IMG/VR virus record: IMGVR_UViG_3300043689_000058
Coordinates: 1 to 51,538 of that record
Strand: one strand, 5' to 3'
DNA length: 51,538 bases
Source: a virus
In this document: in pieces, positions 26,176-33,878 of the stretch
How positions within the stretch are numbered: position 1 is the stretch's first letter
How the letters are laid out: every line of letters starts with the position of its first letter
Notes under the pieces: model-generated
What the model was told of the DNA's origin: nothing
Databases searched by the model: none
What the model saw: only the letters and a program-made list of their open reading frames with translations
Program-made: the position numbers and the translations under genes

Positions 26176-27429
26176 TTACCAGCCGGTATCAGCGGAGTAG
26201 TGCCACATGTAAAAAGCCATTGCCGCATTAAGGGTTGAAATTTGGTGACCGCCATAACCTGATTCGCCAAGACTCTGATTGCCAGAGACGGCCCGATCTA
26301 CGTTAGCGCTTGTATCTCGTACAGTATTAACTGCACCGGTGCTGACGCTGTAGGCTGTCACGGTTGGGACTTTGGCCATTCGGCGTTTAAAGAAAATCGG
26401 GACATATGGATGGTTATTTGCTTGAGCCCAGATATTTCCCACCGAGCCGACAGCATTAGTTACATTGGGGACAGATGAGTAAGCAGCCGATTTGTCGTAA
26501 TACCTCTGGCACCGATCCAGGTTGGTGGCAAAATCCAGGTCTATCAATTGTGTGCAGTTTGGGCCGGGTTCGTGCTGGATGAAGCCCATCCAAAATTGCG
26601 TGTTGACTGGTAAGGAAGCAAAGTTCGTCATTCCTGATCCACCGTAAAAGTTGCCTGCTTGCCAAGTGGCTGTCGCTGGAGCGATCGAGCTCGAACCGCA
26701 AGCCAATCCTATAACAAGAAAATAGCCCAGGTTACCGGGAAGAACTGAAAATGAACCAGCCCCAGGCCATAAAGCAAGGTTTGGCAACTTAACCAGCGTC
26801 ATTGCATTAGCCGGGATAGTGCAAAGATTTACCAACGAATGGGTCTGATTATTATCTTGTATCGATAAACTGAAAGTCAACGCTTGAGTGCAATAAGCCA
26901 ATATAGAAAGGCTATGCACGTCTTTGGAAAGTTCTCGAAAAACTGACCCTTCTATTTGCTGGTAAATGATAAGGTTGTCACCGGCAGCTAGGGTGGCTTC
27001 TTGTCCAGTCAAGGTCAGTGCCAGCACTTTGCTGCTAACGAGGTAATTTGTCCCAGGAACAAAAGTATTATTCGCTGAGGCTGACGCCGTCGCGGTCATG
27101 GTTCCTGTTTTGCTGGCCCACCAACGATCACAAAGTCTGACGCTTCCTGTGATGTTAGCAGCGCTGCCAGCCAGAACCTGATCGACCTCGGAATTGGGGT
27201 TGCCAATCGCGTTAAAGCTGCGCAGGCGCACGCTGGTGATAACCGGAGTGGGGTCCGGAACGTAAATCAGGTTATCGGTCCCGAGCACGGCCTGGTTCCC
27301 GGCCTGGGCGCTAACCGCGTTAGGGCCGGAGGGACCCTGGATTCCGCCGATCCCTTGAGGGCCGCCTGGAGTGACCAGAACGCCGCTCGGGATTACGGTG
27401 CCTGGGACTGCTATACCAGGTGCGGCCAT
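26176..27429 (-). CDS. tail fibre / receptor-binding protein, 417 aa
   Basis: N-terminal G-x-y run GPQGIGGIQGPSGP, then FNAIGNPNSEVDQ and LDRCQRYYDK, motifs I associate with a widespread jelly-roll tail-fibre tip family. Confidence 0.65.
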   Translation of the reverse strand: MAAPGIAVPGTVIPSGVLVTPGGPQGIGGIQGPSGPNAVSAQAGNQAVLGTDNLIYVPDPTPVITSVRLRSFNAIGNPNSEVDQVLAGSAANITGSVRLCDRWWASKTGTMTATASASANNTFVPGTNYLVSSKVLALTLTGQEATLAAGDNLIIYQQIEGSVFRELSKDVHSLSILAYCTQALTFSLSIQDNNQTHSLVNLCTIPANAMTLVKLPNLALWPGAGSFSVLPGNLGYFLVIGLACGSSSIAPATATWQAGNFYGGSGMTNFASLPVNTQFWMGFIQHEPGPNCTQLIDLDFATNLDRCQRYYDKSAAYSSVPNVTNAVGSVGNIWAQANNHPYVPIFFKRRMAKVPTVTAYSVSTGAVNTVRDTSANVDRAVSGNQSLGESGYGGHQISTLNAAMAFYMWHYSADTGW

Positions 27430-27430
27430 G

Positions 27431-29080
27431 CTAGACGACTCCTTTCACGGTGAGGAAGGATCTACCTATGTTGCCGCTTGCGAAAAAGTATCTAAAAGCA
27501 TTTATTGGCCCAAATATGTTGAGGTTTTCAGCCCATACTTGCCATTTTTGGCTCGCTAAATTAGACCTGCGTCCGCCGGAATCACAGAGGTAAGTCGAAA
27601 GCAACGTTGCGCTACCTGGATAGATAATCACTTTAGCCTGTGCCGCATAAGCTGCGCTGGAGGTGATGTTGGGGATCAATGGTATGTTAGCGCCGGTGCT
27701 CTGATTTTCGGTATAGGCAGCTGCCGTGGGGGAAGAATTGTACATAATTCCATAGATGTAGCTACCAGTCGGAAACGTGGTCCCTCCATCATTGGAAACT
27801 AGCCCAGACATTGTATCATCTTGTGTAGTTCCTGCCACACCCGTAAATTGTAATTCGAAAAGCCGATAGCCAACCGGCAAGAGAATCGTGACGCTGGCAG
27901 TAGAACTCACCGTATCGACAGTCCCTAAAATCACCTCCCTCTTGAGCCCAAAGGTGCGCCAATTGGTGCCGTCGGTGATGACGGTGCATTCCTGACCCGG
28001 CAGTAGCGGGATAGAAAAGACTCCGGTTCCATCGATCGTTCCTCCGTTGGTAGCAATCGTGATGGTGCCTGTGGTCCCGGTAATTCCCATGTCGTTCCGA
28101 ACCTGGAAGTAAAGACCACTTGCCGGGAAGGGAAGGGTTAATGTCCAGCTACCACCGGCGCAGATGATGTATTTTCCGCTGTCAGCAGCCGTGAGGGTAT
28201 AGGCCGCGGTTTTACTGACGAACCCTTTCCAGATGGTGGGGGCCAGGTTGTGACAGGCGTTGTCGCCACCGACGAAATCGGTGCTTAAGCCTGAGAGCTG
28301 TTTGAGTAATCCTGCCTGGGTAGCATCGGCTGGCGGGATGGATGTTGGCGGTGCCGGGTTGACCAGGGTCAGGCTGTTCCCGCTCTTGCTCTGGACGACG
28401 AGCTCGCCAGGTAAAGTGGGGCTCCCGCCAGCTTGGGCTACGAACACCGGTTCACCGACCGCGACCCAACTGGCGTCCGTAACCGGCACCGTAACGGTGG
28501 TAGTACCGTCGGCGGGGGGAACCGTGAAACCGGCTCCTGTCGGAGTCCAGGCGTTCGCACCCGGACTGCCGGCTGCTCCAGGTGAACCGGCCGGACCCTG
28601 ACTACCGGTGGCGCCGGTCGGACCTTGCGCCCCGGTGGCACCTGTAGGCCCTTGCGAACCCGTGGCACCTGTCGCGCCCGCGGCACCGACCTGGGCGATC
28701 AAGTTCCAATAAGTGGTATTGGTCGGGGCTTGATTGGTGTTGCCTAAAATGCAGACGTAGCTCGATCCCAGATAACTGACCGTGTCATAAGGGTTGTAGG
28801 TGGTGACAGAAGCCCAAGCTCCTTTCCAGGTGTAACCCTGGCCAGCCGGTCCCGGCGGGCCGGCCGGCCCCTGTGAGGGACCTCCGGTACCGCCCTGGTA
28901 CAAAATGTCATTAATTTTGACCAGGCTGGCGCGTTCGGCATCCCCTGCTTTGGGTTGAGTGGTGTTGTAAGTGTTGCCGGGACTGGCCGGGAAAGTGCCG
29001 CGGGACCAGAGGATTTCATTGATCTTGACGAGGCTGTCACGTTCGTCATCGCCCGGTCTTGGTTTGGTAGTTAACGGCAC
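27431..29080 (-). CDS. collagen-like tail fibre, 549 aa
   Basis: Two N-terminal copies of the PxxGDxExxSLVKINxIL module; G-x-y tracts (aa 63-82 and 132-175); YTWKGAWASVTTYNPYDTVSYLGSSYVCILGNTNQAPTNTTYW resembles a CBM5/12-type aromatic module. Confidence 0.8.
   Translation of the reverse strand: MPLTTKPRPGDDERDSLVKINEILWSRGTFPASPGNTYNTTQPKAGDAERASLVKINDILYQGGTGGPSQGPAGPPGPAGQGYTWKGAWASVTTYNPYDTVSYLGSSYVCILGNTNQAPTNTTYWNLIAQVGAAGATGATGSQGPTGATGAQGPTGATGSQGPAGSPGAAGSPGANAWTPTGAGFTVPPADGTTTVTVPVTDASWVAVGEPVFVAQAGGSPTLPGELVVQSKSGNSLTLVNPAPPTSIPPADATQAGLLKQLSGLSTDFVGGDNACHNLAPTIWKGFVSKTAAYTLTAADSGKYIICAGGSWTLTLPFPASGLYFQVRNDMGITGTTGTITIATNGGTIDGTGVFSIPLLPGQECTVITDGTNWRTFGLKREVILGTVDTVSSTASVTILLPVGYRLFELQFTGVAGTTQDDTMSGLVSNDGGTTFPTGSYIYGIMYNSSPTAAAYTENQSTGANIPLIPNITSSAAYAAQAKVIIYPGSATLLSTYLCDSGGRRSNLASQKWQVWAENLNIFGPINAFRYFFASGNIGRSFLTVKGVV
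28556..28687 (-). repeat. collagen-like G-x-y coding repeat
   Basis: GAAGATGATGSQGPTGATGAQGPTGATGSQGPAGSPGAAGSPGA; 27-nt periodicity visible in the DNA. Confidence 0.85.
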
Positions 29081-29085
29081 TTTGT

Positions 29086-29466
29086 TTACCTCCTTCCGGT
29101 TGCTCGCCGGAATCGTGCGGCGGCTTGAGAAGCGAAACTGGCCTGGGTACCGAGTGCCGCGCCCGGTGCACCGCCCGGAAGTCCCGCGCCGGTTGCCGGG
29201 GTCGGGGCGCCCATGTTCGCCTCGGCGCTCGCCGCGCTTCCGGCTCCCTGTAAAGCTTCCCGGATATTGCCCTGCTCGGTTTCCTGGGCCGCTTCGGTGT
29301 CCCCTTCGGTGTCCTCCTTTCCGATTTCGTACCCCTCGATATCGACCAACTGCAACTCCTCACCGCCCAGGATCTTAATGGTACACATCGCCTGGAAAGT
29401 GTCGTCCGAGTCCAAATGCTCCGGAGGAGTAAAACCCTCCGGAGCGTTAAACGTCAGGTCTGGCAT
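29086..29466 (-). CDS. acidic / Gly-Ala-rich head-associated protein, 126 aa (decoration or head fibre candidate)
   Basis: ATG 29466 lies 31 nt after the capsid gene stop; the longer track ORF would overlap the capsid gene. Confidence 0.5.
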   Translation of the reverse strand: MPDLTFNAPEGFTPPEHLDSDDTFQAMCTIKILGGEELQLVDIEGYEIGKEDTEGDTEAAQETEQGNIREALQGAGSAASAEANMGAPTPATGAGLPGGAPGAALGTQASFASQAAARFRRATGRR

Positions 29467-29497
29467 AGGTCTAGCAGCGGGGTCTACACCCCTGCGG

Positions 29498-30703
29498 TTA
29501 AGATGCGCAACCTTGCAATGCCAGGTCAACTCCGCAGTTGGCGTGCATTATGGCGTAGCCCAGTTCCGGGTGGATGGGTTCCGCGCCATCTTTCATCACT
29601 GCGCGGAAGAATCCTATCGTCCGATCCGGGTTGCACTGCCGGTGCCATTCGTTGATCCACTGGAACCGGCCGAGATAATCCAGGTTCGGGTTGAAACTTA
29701 GACCGGATACGTTGGCGACCTGGTTGAAGACGTTGATGTACATCACATTGGGCAGGAAGATGTACGAGATCTGGTAGGGCGCCGTCTTGTAGAGCGGGTT
29801 CAACTCCCATTTCTGCCCTTTTGACGCCGCCACTTGAACGAACGGCTCGACTCGCACATAAGCGCTGCCACTCCATGAGTAGCGCGGCGGGTAAGGCATC
29901 TGCAAATGTTTGTACCCGCCATAAGAACGCGCCTCACCGAGAGCCTGGATGAGGGTGTTTTCGCCGCTACCCTGGAATGCGAACCTGATGTCCTGACGGA
30001 TATCGGGGTTCTGCCTCACGATATCGCGGGACACTTCCGATCCGGTGACCAGCAGATAGACGTCGCCGCCGTCTACCCGGCCGATCGCCGACTCGTCCGT
30101 ACCTTCCCTGAACAACGTCATGTAGATATCTTCCAACACACCTTGCGTCAGTGCACCATTCGGCAATGTGGCGGTATCGAAACTGGCGGAGCCGTTATCG
30201 ACAACACCTGTCGTCGAAACGGTCAGTTTGTGGCCGCAGATTTGGACGTACTTGTTGTAGTAGTGATTGCCAATTTCGTACTCCGTAATTTTTGCCAGGA
30301 CCTCGACCATCCGCTCGATCTGCCTTTCAAATTGATAGCTGGTCTGAATGTCCTGAATGCAGAAGTCAGGCGTTTCGAAGGCTTTATGCGTGAGAAAGAA
30401 AGTACGCAGCGTCTCGCCGAAGGTGATGTTCTCAACGGGCGGCAGACAGGCGTTGACGCTGGAGGAATCCTGCGATGGCTGGACCTGGGTCCAAGTGTCT
30501 TCGGAACTGGCCGGGAGCGCACGCTCGAAGGTAAGATTGGAAATGACGTAGCCTAGACCGTTGGGGAATTCTTTTTTCGGAACTAGACCGATGATCGGGT
30601 TGCGGCGGATCAAGCGTTTGTTTATTTCGCCTGCGATACGCCCCGTTTCCTGCACTAAGAGATTGTTTACGGCCGCGCAGGTGGTCGCGATATTGGTGGG
30701 CAT
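29498..30703 (-). CDS. major capsid protein, 401 aa
   Basis: Position after the scaffold gene, size, preceded by a long structured leader. ATG 30703 (MPTNIATT) preferred over the GTG at 30763. Family assignment by context only. Confidence 0.7.
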   Translation of the reverse strand: MPTNIATTCAAVNNLLVQETGRIAGEINKRLIRRNPIIGLVPKKEFPNGLGYVISNLTFERALPASSEDTWTQVQPSQDSSSVNACLPPVENITFGETLRTFFLTHKAFETPDFCIQDIQTSYQFERQIERMVEVLAKITEYEIGNHYYNKYVQICGHKLTVSTTGVVDNGSASFDTATLPNGALTQGVLEDIYMTLFREGTDESAIGRVDGGDVYLLVTGSEVSRDIVRQNPDIRQDIRFAFQGSGENTLIQALGEARSYGGYKHLQMPYPPRYSWSGSAYVRVEPFVQVAASKGQKWELNPLYKTAPYQISYIFLPNVMYINVFNQVANVSGLSFNPNLDYLGRFQWINEWHRQCNPDRTIGFFRAVMKDGAEPIHPELGYAIMHANCGVDLALQGCAS

Positions 30704-30920
30704 GGAGTGACTCGCAAAGAGACAAAAAGGGTGGAAACGATTGTTTCCCTGCCCGGTGAGCACTCCGGTCGTGGGCGAACGATTTTAAGCTCTTGAGCGT
30801 CTGACCGGGACGCTTTGAAGGATTTAAGGTCCAGGCATTAGACCGAGACGCCTGCTTGCTTAAGGTCTACCGCAATGCAATACTGCAAACCGCATAGCCT
30901 TGTCAATCACATACATGTGT

Positions 30921-30946
30921 GGGCGCTCTTCGAGTGAGGAGCGCCC
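30921..30946. terminator. 8-bp GC hairpin just after the amidase stop
   Basis: GGGCGCTC-10 nt-GAGCGCCC. The T-run (cgttttattt) lies on the + strand side, so it is oriented against the genes around it. Confidence 0.35.
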
Positions 30947-30950
30947 CGTT

Positions 30951-31499
30951 TTATTTCCGGGACGAATCGGTGTTCCAGCCGAGATGCTGCACGATCCCCT
31001 CAAAAACAGCTTCGGCGATCGTCCATCGGTAATCTGTCGTTGCCAATTTTTCTTCCGTGGCGCGATGGCTGATGAATCCGATCTCGGCCAGGATGGCCGG
31101 CATCACCGTGGCGTTCAAGACGTAGAGGTCGCTTCGATACTTGAGCCCCCGGTCACGGTCGCCGGTCGCCTGCAGCATGGCCTGCTGCACCGCAGCGGCC
31201 AACCGTTTACCGGCATCGCTTTTGTACAAGGTTTCGATCCCGACCGCGCTCTCACCATTTGAATTGCAATGTATCGACACGAAAAAATCCGCACCCCAAT
31301 CGTTGGCGATAGAGGCGCGATCGCTGAGTGTCACGAACACCTCCGCCTTCCTCGTGAGCCTGGTTTGGATACCCGATTCCTCGAATAGGGTATCCAGGCT
31401 CTTGCACACATCCAAAACGACCAAGCTTTCCTTCAGGCCCGATGGGCCGCAAGCGCCCGGATCGCTTCCTCCGTGACCGGCATCGACAGCTATCTTCAT
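30951..31499 (-). CDS. N-acetylmuramoyl-L-alanine amidase (Amidase_3 type) endolysin, 182 aa
   Basis: MKIAVDAGHGGSDPGA, FVSIHCNS and GIETLY are the Zn-ligand blocks of Amidase_3 (AmiC/CwlD-like); no signal peptide. Confidence 0.85.
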   Translation of the reverse strand: MKIAVDAGHGGSDPGACGPSGLKESLVVLDVCKSLDTLFEESGIQTRLTRKAEVFVTLSDRASIANDWGADFFVSIHCNSNGESAVGIETLYKSDAGKRLAAAVQQAMLQATGDRDRGLKYRSDLYVLNATVMPAILAEIGFISHRATEEKLATTDYRWTIAEAVFEGIVQHLGWNTDSSRK

Positions 31500-31503
31500 A
31501 TCG

Positions 31504-32154
31504 TTATAACCATTGCTCGGTTGTTTCGAGTCGTCTCAAATGCTCCCTGCACAAGAGCGCGACCTGGACGCTGCGAAGATTTTCCAAGATCGGGTTAGCC
31601 CATCTGGCATGAGCGGCTGCGCGTTCTGCTTTGAGTCGTCTTTTTCTTTCACGCTCTTTTTCGCGGCGAGAATTTAAAGCCGCCTGGCGCTGTTTTATTG
31701 CGCGTTTCCGAGAAGCTTCGGCATAAGACCGCTCCGCTTCGTTGCGCGAAGTGAGTTCCACAACTTTCCACGTTCTGCGATCGACCAAATCTTTCAGCGC
31801 CGCGATATGATACGGACCCAGCCAGATCGGTTGCGGCCTGCCTATCCAGGTCTTTGGATTGCCTCCCTGCTGGGTGTACCGAATCATCGACCAGACCGGG
31901 TATCCGTCCCACCCGATGTAGCCCATCTCCCATTCAACGTCGCGACGAGGAAAAATCATCCGGACGATCACGAAGGCGTTGCCTGGGCAACCCAGCATCC
32001 CGATCCGGTGCGGATAAATCCTCGATAAATCCTCGGCCCGAATCGGTTCTATACAGTTGTAAGAATTGCGCTTCCCGACCAGGTCGAAGGTAAAAGCCCG
32101 GTAAGCGTGCAGCGGTTGGCCGAGAAAACTTTGGCCCTGATTGAGTAGAAGCAC
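31504..32154 (-). CDS. hypothetical protein with Arg/Lys/Glu-rich C-terminal helix, 216 aa
   Basis: Clean ORF between the tRNA and the amidase; C-terminal SRKRAIKQRQAALNSRREKERERKRRLKAERAA. Confidence 0.6.
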   Translation of the reverse strand: MLLLNQGQSFLGQPLHAYRAFTFDLVGKRNSYNCIEPIRAEDLSRIYPHRIGMLGCPGNAFVIVRMIFPRRDVEWEMGYIGWDGYPVWSMIRYTQQGGNPKTWIGRPQPIWLGPYHIAALKDLVDRRTWKVVELTSRNEAERSYAEASRKRAIKQRQAALNSRREKERERKRRLKAERAAAHARWANPILENLRSVQVALLCREHLRRLETTEQWL

Positions 32155-32172
32155 TTTTTTCTATTTCTTTTT

Positions 32173-32245
32173 TGCAGGGGCGGGATTCGAACCCGCGACC
32201 TCGTGGTTATGAGCCACGCGACTTAGACCAGCTTGTCCACCCTGC
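32173..32245 (-). tRNA. tRNA-Met, anticodon CAU (elongator-type, or Ile2 if lysidine-modified)
   Basis: Reverse complement GCAGGGTGGACAAGCTGGTCTAAGTCGCGTGGCTCATAACCACGAGGTCGCGGGTTCGAATCCCGCCCCTGCA has anticodon stem CGTGG/CCACG, loop CTCATAA and T-arm GCGGG-TTCGAAT-CCCGC. G1-C72 is paired; no encoded CCA. Confidence 0.85.
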
Positions 32246-33537
32246 TATTGCAATCCGGTTGACTGCTGAAATTTGTTGACCAAGTCTTTCACGAAATCGC
32301 CGTTAGGCGAGGAAAGAATCCGCCCCGGCTGGGCGACATCCGCCCCGGTGTCCCGGACCTCGGGCTGCAGGCCCTTGAGCTTGGCAACCTGCGTTTTGAG
32401 CTCCTCAATCTGGCTGTAAGCGTTCCGCAGAAGGTTCTGGTAAGCGATTGCAGCCGGTGCCAGGATCGCGGCCTGTGCCACCATTTCGCGCGACACATTG
32501 CCGTCATAGAGCCGCCTTGCGACCGTTTTCAAGGTGTCCGCGCTCTTGTTCCAGGCCTCGTTGCCTTCGATATGATTGTAGACTTCGAGTTTACCTTTGC
32601 AGAGCGCAAACTGGTTCTCGAAGACTTCCTGGCTCTCTCTTAAAAATTTCGCTCTGGCGCTTTCCTGGGCCTGCTGCTGCTGGTTGATATATTCAGCCAG
32701 CGTCTCCCGGCCGCGGGCGGTCATCTTTTCCCGGTCTTCCTGGACCGAATCCCATTTGCTGATGATGTCGGCCACTTGCTGACGTCGGAAAGTGCTCATC
32801 TGCCGGCTTTCCAAAACAGCCTCACGCGAACGCAGATCGCCCCGAAGCATGACATCGGCTTCCTGGGCCGAAATCCCGGTCCCGTCTATGATCTTACCCA
32901 GACGAGCTCGCAGAAGCTCCTCCTGGTCAAGCACCTTCGTTTTAAAGATGGGCGAACGTTCAATAGCCACTCTCTCAATGATTGACTGCGCACCGACGAG
33001 CTGGGCCTTGAGTTGATCAAGCGAAGCCTGGGTCTGCGGGAGCTGAGTCTTGGCCTCGGCCAGCTCGCTCTCGAGCGCCTTGATTCGCGAATCGCGTGCC
33101 TCCACGTCGGCCACGGCTTTGGATCGGAAAGTCTTCCAGCTTTCCTGCGCATTTTTGGTAAGAGTTTTCGGAGGCTCTTCCTCTCGCCAGGTCTTTTCGG
33201 CCGGAGGCGTTTGGGCAGCGGGCTTTTGGGCAGTATCCGGTGCCTCTTTAGACGGCGTCTCAACGGGCGTTTGCTGGGGCGTTTCGATAGCTCGGGTAAA
33301 GGCTTTCCCGAGATCGCCGATGAGGTCTTTGCCCGGTTCGGCAGGCGCCGTTCCTTCCTGGGGCGCGGAAATGAACGCTTCAGTGGCGTTATTATTGCCG
33401 GATGCATCCGCGGGTTGAGGTGTTGTTATGGGATTAGACGGAGGAGCGGACGGTCCCGTGTTGAGGGTCATCTCGGATGTTTGCGATGCCGTCCTGTTTG
33501 AGTACGTCAAACCTTCTAAGCTGGCTTCCTCTGGCAT
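32245..33537 (-). CDS. scaffolding protein, 430 aa
   Basis: Lies between portal and capsid genes; low-complexity Pro/Ala/Thr N-half and long coiled-coil C-half. Confidence 0.65.
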   Translation of the reverse strand: MPEEASLEGLTYSNRTASQTSEMTLNTGPSAPPSNPITTPQPADASGNNNATEAFISAPQEGTAPAEPGKDLIGDLGKAFTRAIETPQQTPVETPSKEAPDTAQKPAAQTPPAEKTWREEEPPKTLTKNAQESWKTFRSKAVADVEARDSRIKALESELAEAKTQLPQTQASLDQLKAQLVGAQSIIERVAIERSPIFKTKVLDQEELLRARLGKIIDGTGISAQEADVMLRGDLRSREAVLESRQMSTFRRQQVADIISKWDSVQEDREKMTARGRETLAEYINQQQQAQESARAKFLRESQEVFENQFALCKGKLEVYNHIEGNEAWNKSADTLKTVARRLYDGNVSREMVAQAAILAPAAIAYQNLLRNAYSQIEELKTQVAKLKGLQPEVRDTGADVAQPGRILSSPNGDFVKDLVNKFQQSTGLQ

Positions 33538-33543
33538 ATATAC

Positions 33544-33870
33544 TTACGGATGGATCACGGGTCGCATCGCGTCCTCGTGCGGCATGTTTTCATGGTCTGT
33601 TTCCGGTGCGCCGTATGCGGATTCGGGCTGTTCGCCGGTTCCGGGCGGGATGGACAAGGTTTCCATCTCATCAAGGCAAACGTTGGCACCGTGAAACTGA
33701 GAAAGGATTCTCGCGCTGACCAGCGCCTCGGCAGTGTTCGGGACATCGTAGGCCCGGTAACGCTGGCGCATGACGTGCAGCAGGGCCTGGCCGGTGTCAG
33801 AACTCAGGAAGGTCCGAAGCTCGATCCGGAGCGCCGGGTTGGCTCTGAAATCATCGTAGGTAAACGGCAT
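33544..33870 (-). CDS. hypothetical protein, 108 aa
   Basis: ATG 33870 lies 8 nt after the portal stop. Only this C-terminal part of track ORF 33544..34545 is free of the portal gene. Confidence 0.5.
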   Translation of the reverse strand: MPFTYDDFRANPALRIELRTFLSSDTGQALLHVMRQRYRAYDVPNTAEALVSARILSQFHGANVCLDEMETLSIPPGTGEQPESAYGAPETDHENMPHEDAMRPVIHP

Positions 33871-33878
33871 TTCTCGCC

